Shown here: positions 36,724-47,851 of the stretch, piece by piece
How the letters are laid out: each line of letters opens with the position of its first letter
Numbering within the stretch: position 1 is the first letter of the stretch
Translations under genes and position numbers: made by a program
Source of the DNA: Zancudomyces culisetae HAW-14-8
Lineage: Eukaryota; Fungi; Kickxellomycota
Assembly (NCBI GenBank): GCA_052426225.1
Contig: JBNJNM010000006.1
Location: forward strand, 1,550,001 to 1,614,000
DNA length: 64,000 nt
Reading direction: 5' to 3'
The notes under the pieces: generated by a model
The model's input: only the letters and a program-made list of their open reading frames with translations
Database searches by the model: none
What the model was told of the DNA's origin: nothing

Positions 36724-39700
36724 TTAAAGAGGTAGTAATGATCTAAATAAAAAATGGAAAACTAATATACAAAAAAGCAATCTAAACAAAAAGATCCAAG
36801 AAAGCAAGAACATAAACGAAGAAATGCCATCAACACTTGCATTTGCATTTGCATCAAGTGTGCTAGTGGAGTTTGTAGTGGTTCCAAGTAGAGATAGCAG
36901 TATGTTTGAACAATAAGAGTAATAGTCCAATGCTTTAAATGAAGGATTGGCTGTAGAATCTCCACCCAAGCTTTGGGTAGTATTGTCGTTTGTTACATTT
37001 ACATATACATCAATAAACTTGCCAAAGATAGTATCGAATAAATGTAGCAATATTTGTAACAGCAGCTTTTTGGCATGACGCACAAAAATGTACAGCAGAT
37101 TGTAGACTGGGGATAATATCGAGACTACCACATCTGTCGCCGACATATCGCTGTTGTAGAGATAGAGACAAAACAAAAGTGTCGGAAGTGTTGCCACAAC
37201 AGCTAAACCTAAAATAGTAGCAACCAAGTTTGTCGTGCTTGTCGAGTTTGAGGTTTCAGGTTGACTGCTTATGCGGGATATACAAACACAGTCGTCAAAA
37301 GTGGTAGATATCGTACTATTGCTGCAGTGCCTGTTGAATGGTGTGCTTTGATTGTATAGCAAATGGTTTTTCTGGGTTGTTGGGGTTTGTGTATTAGCCG
37401 CTGTTATATTTTCGTCACTAATCTTACTTGATGTAGCTTTTCCGAGTGTGCTACCACTGCTACAGCCATTCTTACTGCTACTGTTATTGCTATTAATGCT
37501 GCTATCACTAGGATATCGCAGCATAGAATTGGGATTGAAATTGACATTGACATGTTTTGGTTGTATATAGGTCATTGATTTCATCTTTTTCAACACAAGA
37601 ATGAGCAACACCGACAACTCTTTATAATACACAAATAATAGAACATAAATTAACAAGTTGAATGTAACCAGTAGGTATATTCCACTGCCACCAATATTTC
37701 CATTACTATTGCGGCTATATCTCTTATCACCTTTACTAACTCGGCCGTTCTGTCCCTGGTTAGTACCATAAACTAGATAGCTAAAGAAATACCCGCCTTT
37801 TCTATAATCATGCTCAGTTGCAAGTTGGTTTGTGTCCCTCATATTGACATCTGCGCTAAGTTTAAACGACTGACACGCCACCATCGAGTCTAATTCTGGA
37901 TAGAAATAACTGACCAAAAAGCTGTCATTGTTGGTATCAGGCATATATTTATATTTAGGCTTGGCTTTATCGCAACCAATCGTAATGCTGGAATTTCCTG
38001 TTTTTCTGGAAATCAACAGTTTCGGAGTTTGAAATAATACCATAAAAATATTTGATTTTAGCCCCTCAAACCTACTGGCTCGAGAATTAACATGTTTGCT
38101 AATTCCCGCACTTACATCCAAGTTGTTTTTGTAAAAATCAATTTTGTAGTAATCGTAATCTCTAAAAAGTTTGTATGAAGCACCCTGAACTGTCGTAGGA
38201 ACAGCAGTTGTGATGGAAGTAATATTTACATTGCAATGTCTATATGCATACCATTCCATGACAGTTAAGAATACCTTGTTGTAGTCCAAATTGATGTTAT
38301 TCCCATAGAGCATTTCGTAGCTAATATTGTCATCACTACTATTATCGGCCAAGCCAGCATCAGCATACTCATTACCAGCGCTATTTACAACATCTTCATT
38401 GTTGTAATAAAAGGGAAGTAACCTGGATAATGAAAATATTGAGTTCGACTTTTTCTTATTTGTTTTACTATGTTCTGATTTTTTTTCGCTTTTAGAGGAC
38501 TGATCTTTGTTTGGATCTTTGTAGTCAACATAAATGACATTATCACCATGAATGCAGTAATAATACCAAATGATTGCTTTGTAAATATTGGGGTTGTGTT
38601 TACTGGAAATGGGATTTAAAAATGAACAGGCTTTGCTGCTGATTTTGGCATGTGCCCTAGAAACGACACCAATATATTTGTTTAGTGAAATTGTGCTTGA
38701 TTCTGATTCTGATTCTGATTCCGATTCTGAATCCAGGTAATTGGCAGTGCCATTCTCTTGGTCAACTGAAATGTTTCCAGTATCGTTCCTATCTCTATTA
38801 AAACCAAGATAACTATCAATCGGACCAAGATTGTTAGGGCTTTGGATATCAGAACTTGAGTTGTAGCTGGTTGGGTCGTTTGGCGTACCCTTTGCTGAGT
38901 TGATGTTCGCAGGTAGCACGGTGTTGTTTAGTAAAGAGAATGACTGTGGAACATCACGGACATTGTAAAAAATTGTTAAATAGCTGGGAAGTGACAGAAT
39001 ATTAACACATCTTAGCGCCAAAGGAAACCCAAGACATATCAGTAAATACAAAAATGTGTGCTTTATCAATACCTTTGAATTAATAATGGAAGTGTCCTTG
39101 TTGATGTTTTCAGTATGGGTGCTCCGTTTGAATAACATATTGAAGCTGAACGGTATTTTGAATAGAATCTTGATGGAGTATATTCCACAGATTGTCGCAA
39201 TAAACAAGTACACAATCGAAACAAAATGCAGCAGAGATAACAACAGTTGTGAATTTAGAAATGAGTAAGAGTTATCGAAAATGTATCCAATGGTTATGTA
39301 CAGTCCAGAACTCCCAGCACCACTGCTGGTATTATAGCTGCCAATACCGTTATTGTTGTTGGCGTTGTAGTCGCTGGATGAAGTGAACAGCAAACTCATC
39401 AAACCTCCTACAGTGATTCCCACCAATATCCACCAACATGTCATCCACAGCCCCAAAATAGCTATAAAAACTACATTTCGTTTAAACACACTAGCCCAAA
39501 ACCCTTTCCCAAGAACCCCACTTTTTTTGATGAGAGCCAGCTTCATGCTGATATCCCTACATTTGACGTTACTTTCATGTATCAACTCGCTCAGTTTCCT
39601 ACGTTCCTCGTTTAAGGACTCAAGATTACCCTTGCTGTGATCATTCTCCTCGTCACTCTCTGAGTGCGGGTTGCTCCTTGTCATGCTTCTCATCTTTGAA

Positions 39701-41817
39701 ATCAAGGATAATTCCGAGGTATTAAAAAGGCTTTTAAAGAGGCTACTCCGGCTAGGTCTTAGTTGCAAATTTCTCTCCAATCCCCTTATCCTCTCATCAA
39801 TCGTAGACTTTTCATAGCTAATGGCTTTTAATTCTGCCACAACACTCTCATGCGTGTTTGTCAATTCAACGTATTCTGCTATCATGTTGTTTTTTGTTTT
39901 GTAGGAAATTGGAAGAACATGGTTGATATACTCCATTTGTGTTTTTAGCCCCATTGGCCCGCAAAATAACACAGCCAATGCCACTATCAGCGACTGCCCT
40001 CGATAAATCTTTTGCATATACGAATGGGTTGTATCGCTTTCTATAAGCCCAATTCTTCCAACAACCTGCACTATTCCCACCAACAACCCCGTCCATACTG
40101 TAACCTTTCCTGTTATAAGCAAGATCCGTTTGTATTTACTCCCTCTATCTTCTTCAAAAATTGCATCCTTCTTCCGCTTGTTACTTCCAAGATTCGGCTG
40201 CATTGTACCTCTATAACTAGTTATAATAATATAGCTTGCTGGCAGGATAAACGCTATCGTTGCCATCAACAGTATATTCTGGTATTGCCAAAACCTTCTC
40301 AGTATCCCTGGAAAATCACCTATTTCAACTCGGCTACTTTGCCCCACTATTACAAAAGGCCCTAAATACAATCGGTTGTTGCTCTGTGCTATTGTGTTTT
40401 TTATTTTTTTATTCTCCATTGCTGTCTTTGAAAGCGCCGCTGGTAAAAGCCACTCTTTAAACGTTATTTTACCCTCTCTCACAATTTCCTGCTGCTTGCT
40501 TCCCCCCTCCCCTACCCCTACCCCTACCCCTACCGTTGCATCCTGCTCTACTCCGACTGCCCGCCCAGTGATGTACTGTCCAGTGCCTTCCATTAGATTG
40601 CTAATCGTAACTGTTGTACCCAGCAATATAAACATCATTGTAAGCAGCGTCAGCCCAATCGCCATTGCTAGCTTCGCATTATTACGTATAAAATACGGCC
40701 CTCTTTCTCTCAACTCCCTCATCCGCTCTCGACTTTGCGAGCTAATCTCAAATTCTATTCTTTTTAGCCTTTTATTCCGCTTCTTTCTGTTCTCGTTCGC
40801 CTCTTCTAGTATATCTTCTTTCCTCCCTTTTCTTGTCGGTGTATATTCCCTGTCAGCTATATCTCCACCTTCCCATACCTCCCCCATACTCTTCTCCTCT
40901 CCTTCATCACCTTCCTTTTCTTTTTCTTTTTCTGTTATCTCTGCATGCTCCTCTGTTTTTTCTCTTTTTGTCACCCTCTCATCCTTATCTATCACCACCC
41001 TTTTCCCTTCAAGCAAACTCTGGTGAAATTTACTTTTGTTTTTCTTCCCCACTTCCCTTTCTTTTTCCAAGACGCCGGCTAACCCCCCTGACCTTTTATA
41101 AGTAATACTTGATCTACTCCTATGGTTTCCTTTACTCCCAACATTGTTATTACGCTGTATACTGTTCGTGCTAGATCTCCTGCTGACATTGCTGTCTATT
41201 CCATTGTCATTTCCTGTGCTATATACATTGACATTTATGCCCATATTTAGAGTACCGCTGCTACTGGGAACTCCATTTTGAAACCTCCTTTTTTGATCCT
41301 TTTCCATCACCCCGTCCAATATACTGTACCATATCATTAGCAAGAGCACATAGCTTAATACGCATATCACATGCTCCCGCACTATCAAATAGAACTCCCG
41401 CAGGTCCGCGTCCTCGACAAACTCTTCCTCACACCCTCCCTCTTCATTCGATTCACTTTTTTCGTTTGATTCTCGCCCTTCTTCTGCATTTTTCTCGGAT
41501 GAGACTCCATGCCCTCGTTCCCCTTTATCCCCCTCATTTTCTCGACCTCCTGTTCTATTCTTCTTTTTACATTCGTGCCTCTTTGTTCCAAAAAACTCTG
41601 CTATATAAAATCTTCTCGGCTGAGAGGATTCATTTAAAACCCCTCTCCCTTCGATTTCCGAGTTTATAGCTTTTATTTCTTCTTTTCCTCCAATAAACGC
41701 GTTTTCTAGTCCTTCTCCTTCTTCAATTACACGCTTATGTGCGATTCTGCGTATACTTCCTAGAAAAACCAGAATCGCCACTAAGACCGAATAATAGATA
41801 ATATTTTGTATCTTCAT
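36724..41817 (-). CDS. Large multi-pass membrane protein, LMBR1-like, with long low-complexity insertions
   Basis: 1697-aa intronless ORF. TM spacing and the segments REHVICVLSYVLL, FWQYQNILLMATIAFILPASYI and KRNVVFIAILGL, plus a central coiled-coil loop, resemble LMBR1. Confidence 0.7.
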   Translation of the reverse strand: MKIQNIIYYSVLVAILVFLGSIRRIAHKRVIEEGEGLENAFIGGKEEIKAINSEIEGRGVLNESSQPRRFYIAEFFGTKRHECKKKNRTGGRENEGDKGERGHGVSSEKNAEEGRESNEKSESNEEGGCEEEFVEDADLREFYLIVREHVICVLSYVLLLMIWYSILDGVMEKDQKRRFQNGVPSSSGTLNMGINVNVYSTGNDNGIDSNVSRRSSTNSIQRNNNVGSKGNHRSRSSITYKRSGGLAGVLEKEREVGKKNKSKFHQSLLEGKRVVIDKDERVTKREKTEEHAEITEKEKEKEGDEGEEKSMGEVWEGGDIADREYTPTRKGRKEDILEEANENRKKRNKRLKRIEFEISSQSRERMRELRERGPYFIRNNAKLAMAIGLTLLTMMFILLGTTVTISNLMEGTGQYITGRAVGVEQDATVGVGVGVGEGGSKQQEIVREGKITFKEWLLPAALSKTAMENKKIKNTIAQSNNRLYLGPFVIVGQSSRVEIGDFPGILRRFWQYQNILLMATIAFILPASYIIITSYRGTMQPNLGSNKRKKDAIFEEDRGSKYKRILLITGKVTVWTGLLVGIVQVVGRIGLIESDTTHSYMQKIYRGQSLIVALAVLFCGPMGLKTQMEYINHVLPISYKTKNNMIAEYVELTNTHESVVAELKAISYEKSTIDERIRGLERNLQLRPSRSSLFKSLFNTSELSLISKMRSMTRSNPHSESDEENDHSKGNLESLNEERRKLSELIHESNVKCRDISMKLALIKKSGVLGKGFWASVFKRNVVFIAILGLWMTCWWILVGITVGGLMSLLFTSSSDYNANNNNGIGSYNTSSGAGSSGLYITIGYIFDNSYSFLNSQLLLSLLHFVSIVYLFIATICGIYSIKILFKIPFSFNMLFKRSTHTENINKDTSIINSKVLIKHTFLYLLICLGFPLALRCVNILSLPSYLTIFYNVRDVPQSFSLLNNTVLPANINSAKGTPNDPTSYNSSSDIQSPNNLGPIDSYLGFNRDRNDTGNISVDQENGTANYLDSESESESESESSTISLNKYIGVVSRAHAKISSKACSFLNPISSKHNPNIYKAIIWYYYCIHGDNVIYVDYKDPNKDQSSKSEKKSEHSKTNKKKSNSIFSLSRLLPFYYNNEDVVNSAGNEYADAGLADNSSDDNISYEMLYGNNINLDYNKVFLTVMEWYAYRHCNVNITSITTAVPTTVQGASYKLFRDYDYYKIDFYKNNLDVSAGISKHVNSRASRFEGLKSNIFMVLFQTPKLLISRKTGNSSITIGCDKAKPKYKYMPDTNNDSFLVSYFYPELDSMVACQSFKLSADVNMRDTNQLATEHDYRKGGYFFSYLVYGTNQGQNGRVSKGDKRYSRNSNGNIGGSGIYLLVTFNLLIYVLLFVYYKELSVLLILVLKKMKSMTYIQPKHVNVNFNPNSMLRYPSDSSINSNNSSSKNGCSSGSTLGKATSSKISDENITAANTQTPTTQKNHLLYNQSTPFNRHCSNSTISTTFDDCVCISRISSQPETSNSTSTTNLVATILGLAVVATLPTLLFCLYLYNSDMSATDVVVSILSPVYNLLYIFVRHAKKLLLQILLHLFDTIFGKFIDVYVNVTNDNTTQSLGGDSTANPSFKALDYYSYCSNILLSLLGTTTNSTSTLDANANASVDGISSFMFLLSWIFLFRLLFCILVFHFLFRSLLPL

Positions 41818-43055
41818 TCTTCATTTTATTTGACTCTTATGACGGATCTTACCCATTCTTTTTCATAGCTTGTTAAACAGTAGTCACAGATGAACCAAAT
41901 TTTTTTCTATTCAAATATGTTTAAACATACAATTGTTTTACTGCTAAAAAATTTTCATTTTACAATGCATTTTTGCATTAAATTCGTTTATTTGGTTAGA
42001 TTGTTTACTTCAAACTAAAACGCGGCAACTTTAATTTATTTGAGGAAAATTTTACATACAAAATCTAGACACCAAAAACCCAAACATAAACCCAAACCCA
42101 AAGTGTCTCAGTAATCGTAGGAGCCTAAACAACCCAACCCTCAACACCCACCGTTACTAACACCCACCTGGCTATCCAAGCATCGGACTTTCCTCATATT
42201 TTCGCCATTGTGTTTTTTTTTTTACATAGATACTATATCCTGTTCGCAGAACACCTCTAGTAAATGATTAGTATGCCTTCCAATACCAGAGCTGATTATT
42301 GGATTAAAGACTGGTTGTACAACCTACATTGCAGTCATCAGACCCTTTCCAAGTCTCATTCCTCACCTGTTTATATGAGCTATATATGCGCAATCGGACT
42401 TCAAGAGAATCCCATAAACCTACAGTCATTCCTCTTTTTTGCTGCCTTGGCTTGTAGATTTCTGTCTCCCCCCAGCTACTCCAAAAATCCTTCCAAAACA
42501 CTTTTTGTTTACTATTGCCTAATTTCTATCTGGAATTCTGTAAAAACAAAACACTCTCCGCAAATAATAAGATTTTTTCACCTCACCAACCATTTTCAAC
42601 AGTGTGTGAATGCTTTGACTTTTTTTCTTTGGCTCTTAACCAAAAAAAAAGACATTTACTGGTTAAAGAGCCAATCGGCTAATAATGTGATGGATTCGTT
42701 TCCCAAGACTTTGTTGTGTTGGCTTGTGCCAGCGCTAACACAAAAGGCAGGGAAATTGTTGAATGCGATTCATTCCGATTTATCCTAAAAAAAGCAATTT
42801 TCATTATAGCCTAACCCTACATCAACACACATGTCAGCACCTACACAAACTAGAATCTCTCTCCATGTTTGCACTTCTCTAAAGCCTGAACTCGTATCTG
42901 ATTATATCAACTGAAAAAATCTTTATTTTTATGAAAAGACTCTAAAAAAATACAATATACCCCCCCTCCCCTCAAGCATGATCTAAATCAAACAGAGATG
43001 AAAGCATCCCTACTACACATTCAATCCTCACAAAACCTATTGGTAGTTAGACCTA

Positions 43056-44087
43056 TTAACCAGGAAATTTTCTTAAAAACTCCACCATTTTATATGTAAT
43101 TAGATTCTTCAATTCATTTTGTGATAGCCTGGTGGGATCAATTTCATCCAATGCATCATTACTTCCCGATGTAGTTTTAGCCATATTCTCTCTGTACTCA
43201 TTAGGAAGCAACATATTAATATCCAGTCCCTTGTTCAGTTTCAATATCGCCTTCTCCTCGATTCCACTTGCGATTTTATCGATATTCTCGTAAACATATT
43301 TTTGTTCAGCTGAACTAAAAACACTCCTAACAATCTGCTCAAACTCAACGTCCGCCTCGTCTTTTTTTGCTTTTTTAATTGAAAAGTCTTTCAATGAGAT
43401 TCTGTACCCCAAATCAATATCCTCATAATTTCGAAAATACGCCTTGGCCCTGCGAGAAGCCCGATTTAAATCACCCTCCAGGTTTTTTATCTCGGCTTTG
43501 TTAACCAAGGATTCTATTATTTTTTCCGTATCCATATTTTTTCCGTGTTCCCACAGATACAGTAAACTAAGTATCAGCTCCCGTTTGAATTTATCTCCAG
43601 GTGACAGGCTTTCAATTCTTTCCAGCTCTTCAGACACACCTAGACTTTCACTTTGATCCGAGTTTGGATTCTCATCGACTGATAACTGCGCATTAATCAA
43701 TTCATCTCTACCTTGATTTAGTTGCAGGTACTTCTCTTCAAAATTTTCCTCAATGTTATCAAGCAAAAACTTTTCGAATTCGGCGTTCTCAGATTTGGCT
43801 GTGCTGCTTGTGTTTACTTTGTTTGTACTTGTGCTTAAAAACCTAACTTTCTCCATTTTCCGTATACTTTCATTTGTCTTTACGGAGCTACGACCTCGAG
43901 CGGTGTATAAAAAACCACTTTTATGCGTTTTTATGGTGTCTGTATGTCCAATGGCTTCTGTATAGGTAGGCTTTGAATTTCCTGGCGTTTTTTTACACAT
44001 ATTCTGGACCGAGCTTGTCTCGTAGACTTTGAAGAGCCCGCTCAGAACTTTGTATGCAGAATTGGATCCCTGTATATTTCTCGGCAT
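43056..44087 (-). CDS. Hypothetical protein (343 aa), possibly mitochondrial
   Basis: Long ATG ORF; basic, hydroxylated N-terminus ending in RFLST, then an acidic helical body. No family recognised. Confidence 0.75.
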   Translation of the reverse strand: MPRNIQGSNSAYKVLSGLFKVYETSSVQNMCKKTPGNSKPTYTEAIGHTDTIKTHKSGFLYTARGRSSVKTNESIRKMEKVRFLSTSTNKVNTSSTAKSENAEFEKFLLDNIEENFEEKYLQLNQGRDELINAQLSVDENPNSDQSESLGVSEELERIESLSPGDKFKRELILSLLYLWEHGKNMDTEKIIESLVNKAEIKNLEGDLNRASRRAKAYFRNYEDIDLGYRISLKDFSIKKAKKDEADVEFEQIVRSVFSSAEQKYVYENIDKIASGIEEKAILKLNKGLDINMLLPNEYRENMAKTTSGSNDALDEIDPTRLSQNELKNLITYKMVEFLRKFPG

Positions 44088-44879
44088 TTTTTGTGGTTTC
44101 TTGACCAGTTTTATTGAAGAAATTGATCTTAGTGTTATTCGTTTCTACTCATGCTCGGGAAAGTCACAATTATAACCACCTCAATTAAAAGATATCAAAA
44201 GCAATAAAAAAATTTTTGATTTCTTACCAAATGATGAGAAAATGTGGAGAAAAAATATTTTTTGTTTGATTTGTGAAAATAAAGGTGTAGAGAAATCCGA
44301 GAACTTTTAAATATACACTCGCTTTGCCTTTAATCTGACATCCAGTATGTAGAGAGTCGGGTTTACATAGAAAAGACGAGTATAATAGTTAGCTTCTCAT
44401 AGTTTTTAAGAGCATCATACGTATCTAAAAGTCTGAAGATATCATGTGGTTTACAAAATGTATAAAAATTAACGTTTTAACTTTACGACAAACTGATTAA
44501 AGCATCAAACGACAAAGCCCGGCCTGTCTCTTCCCAAGTTTTAAGCAGTTATGCAAAAACTGCAAGAGAATCACAACATCAAGCTAGCTATAAGCATAAT
44601 CAGCGGTACGCACTTGTACTTACAAAGTCAAAACCATACCACCAAAAAATAGCATTATTTAACCACTGTTACACCAACCCAATCCTTTTAATGATGATTG
44701 TGCTCATACATAACATTTAGGCAATGATGTATTCTATAGTAATACACACTCTTACTTTATTAGAAATGTTATTTTTATTTTTTGGGTTATAAAACAATTA
44801 AGTAGCTTCTAGAAATAATGTAAAAAAATATGATGGTAAACTGGCGAGACTCGATTTAAAAGTATTCTCGCAAAAAATT

Positions 44880-45821
44880 TTATTCAAGAGACCATTTTAT
44901 CGACTTGGCGACACTGCCGAGTTCTACACCTTTGATATCATCTAGTGAAAGTGTGACGCGATTACTCGCAGTATAGGACTTTCCAGAACAATCAGATCCT
45001 GCATAGAGCGTAATTATTCCTGTTCCTGCGCCACCAATACCAAAGACAGCGCTGGATGCATCTGGTATGTTATAACAGTTATTAGGGCTTATTAACATCA
45101 GTGCAAGTAGCTGTTGACGTTTGGCCCTGCCGTAAATACGGATGCTCATTGTAGGGCCACGCTTGTTGGCTACAGAAGCCACAGGTGCTCCAGTAGCTAC
45201 AGCGGTTGTAGGAACCTCGACAACTGAAGGAGCCAAAGCCGATTGAGCAGTTCCTATAGTCACAGGCAGTTGGGTAATTACAGGTGCTATTATGGGTTGA
45301 GTAAATGCTGATGCTGCAGATGCTCCGGACAATGCAGAGATTGGAATGGTTTCAGTGAGTACAGAAACTGTAATAGATTGTGTAAGCATAGAGGTTGTAT
45401 ATGCTTCAGAAAGTACAGGGGCTGCAGCTGATTGGGTAAATACAGGGGTCGCATATGCCCCAGTGAGTACTGAGGTCGCAGCCGATGAAACAAATACGGG
45501 TGCTGTAGGTACCGCAGAGGTCACAGAGGTGAAGGTACTTGTAAAAGCTTCGAGTGTTACAGGAGCTACAGTTGGTTGAGTAACCATGGAGGCTGTAGGT
45601 ACTAGGGGTGATAATAGCGATATTATGGATGTAGAGTATACAGAGGATACGGTCATTATGCTGGTGCTAAGTGAGGCACGAACCGCGGGAGGTCGTGCAA
45701 CTGATTTGATGGGCTTAGAAGCCACCCTTCTAGTTTGGACTACTTTATAGGCATTGGGAACGTAGTACCCATTAGCAGCGTTAAGGCTCAACAACAATGC
45801 ACTTGATACTAGAAATTTCAT
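44880..45821 (-). CDS. Secreted Ser/Thr/Pro/Ala-rich protein with a small C-terminal 2-Cys beta domain
   Basis: Signal peptide MKFLVSSALLLSLNAANG, mucin-like stalk, dibasic KR, then ...NNCYNIP...ITLYAGSDCSG...AKSIKW. Confidence 0.85.
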   Translation of the reverse strand: MKFLVSSALLLSLNAANGYYVPNAYKVVQTRRVASKPIKSVARPPAVRASLSTSIMTVSSVYSTSIISLLSPLVPTASMVTQPTVAPVTLEAFTSTFTSVTSAVPTAPVFVSSAATSVLTGAYATPVFTQSAAAPVLSEAYTTSMLTQSITVSVLTETIPISALSGASAASAFTQPIIAPVITQLPVTIGTAQSALAPSVVEVPTTAVATGAPVASVANKRGPTMSIRIYGRAKRQQLLALMLISPNNCYNIPDASSAVFGIGGAGTGIITLYAGSDCSGKSYTASNRVTLSLDDIKGVELGSVAKSIKWSLE

Positions 45822-45916
45822 TTTTTATATATTATGCTGATCTCTTTGTTAAAGATATGCCTTTGTTTTTACTATGTCGAATGTGTTTATTCTCAACCTG
45901 GATAAATTGTTTGCCC

Positions 45917-45923
45917 TTTTATA
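45917..45923 (-). promoter_or_regulatory. Candidate TATA box (TATAAAA) about 95 nt upstream of the secreted-protein ATG
   Basis: Consensus match and plausible position only; the background is AT-rich. Confidence 0.3.
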
Positions 45924-47851
45924 CGTTTTTCAGGTCAGCACTTATTCTATATGATGTGTCTTTTGAAATATGCTACTAATACATTTAGTATGATATGTCA
46001 CTGAGTATTACAATATTTTAATATATAATAATATTAACCACCTGAATCTAGGGCATTAACTCGATATTTTTCAAGTTTTAGTATAACGATTTTCTTGACT
46101 TGTAGATACAGTCTTGCAGTCCCGAGGATATGACCTAGGACTTCCCTGTACTGAAATAATGTTGACTGCGAATCTATCTACACAAAATCGCATGGTTTAA
46201 CTGTATGGAGAATTTGCCAAATAATCCAGTTCGTTTATTTAATTTTGGATTAAACAGTAGTAATAGGGTCTAGTATCTATTATGAGCAATCTGTTATTTT
46301 TAATGGTAATGAGGGAGTTAGTCCGGGCTAAGAAGCAATTTTCGACCTAAAATAGTTTGTACTGCGCCTTACTATAGCCACAAAGTTTATTCGCGTCTTT
46401 CTTTTTTTTTGCGTACTTATGTTAATAAAGTGGAAGCAAACCATTTGTAAACTGAATACCTTCCGATTGTGTTGGTTTGCGGGACTATAAAATTATCAAG
46501 ATGTGGGGGATGTTTGAGTTTCTAACCAGATTGTTTCTCCACCCTAAAAAGATATTCCAGATATGTCTGGGCCCAGCATTTTATATCGCATTAAGTTGAT
46601 GAGCTTTAGCGATGCCATAATAAACTGGAGAATATATATTCCTGGTAGTAGGTGGCAGTGTAGAACCTGATACAGCTTTTGCTTTATCAAATATTTGCAG
46701 AGGTATTTCTTGGGACATGTCATTTATTGGTTCCAGGGTATAAAGGTAGGTAGGCCACTTCTCCAAAAAAAAAAAAAAGTAAATATAATTGAGCTAAAAC
46801 TAAATAGATGCTATATAACCTTTATATTCTAAAAACTGTCTGGGTGTAGTGTCTCCCACTCTATGTTAATAGTTAATAGTTAATATCCCCAGTATCCATA
46901 AAAATTACAATATATACATTTCTTTTTAATATTTATTTAGTTTTCCTAGATCTTTTTAAACAGGCATACACCACATATGGAGGTGGTAAAAATAATCTTA
47001 GTATTTGCCTTTGCGTTTCTTTGTGTAGAAGTGCTAGCATATTTCCAGTAACGATTGCCAGGTAGGAACCCACAAACATATTTTTAAAAATCACTCTTAA
47101 TATATGAAATTTGACTGTTTAAAGACAAAGAAAAGTTGGTGTGTTTGTTTTCCAAGTTCTAGAATACCTGTGTTACCAAATAGGCATTTGTGCAGACAGC
47201 TAGAACGTTAAAACCAAACTTTTTTTTTATGTGGGAGTAATAAGCACCAAGAACCGGAATTTGCTGAACCAGTGCACTGAGTCGTGTTTCAGCAGCATGT
47301 GTTTTGAATATGGCGTTTGTCCAGCTGTAGAAAATATAAGCTGCAAGTACCACCTACTCTGTGCGTACCTTTTTTACGTTCAAATGAAATAATGGACCAC
47401 AAGAACGATACGGCGAAAGGATAATCCCAGTTTATTAAGGTACAGCTGTATCGATATTACACGGCATAGCTCACACACCACTTTGTTAGTTTGAATTCGT
47501 AGTTTCTTATCCAGCCGCTAGTCCCGAACTCAAAAAATAATAATCACGATTGCATCAGCTTTGTTTCACTTTTTGAAAATACGGGTTAGAGCTGTTTTTG
47601 TTTCACATCCGCGATTACTAAACCCAATAGCCATTGGTATTTGCATTATTTTTGGATGATTTTGGCGTTACTTTCATGTGCAATTTTGAAGATCAAATAT
47701 TATCAAAGGAGAGGGAAACTTATAGCAGTTTGTAATCCCTTATCACTCCTGTTTTTATTTTAAACACTGTAATAAAAGTTTAAATACTCTTACTAGAAAT
47801 AAGATTCTTTACTTTAAACACAACACAACTTCAGAAAGGTAAAAAAAAAAG

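Noticed and set aside
40508-40531. (CCCCTA)n telomere-like repeat
   Set aside because: Short, and encodes GVGVGVG inside the LMBR1-like CDS.
40376-41026. 216-aa + strand ORF and similar antisense ORFs (10484-10942, 53243-53749, 56395-56802)
   Set aside because: Shadows of real genes on the opposite strand.
42811-42819. CTAACCCTA, telomerase-template-like
   Set aside because: A 9-mer is expected by chance in 64 kb; no supporting structure seen.
44231-44338. Box C (ATGATGA) ... box D (CTGA) snoRNA candidate
   Set aside because: No terminal stem and no rRNA-complementary guide that I can recognise.
46581-47353. Two short minus-strand ORFs with protein-like stretches (possible pseudogene)
   Set aside because: Could not be spliced into a coherent gene or assigned to a family.
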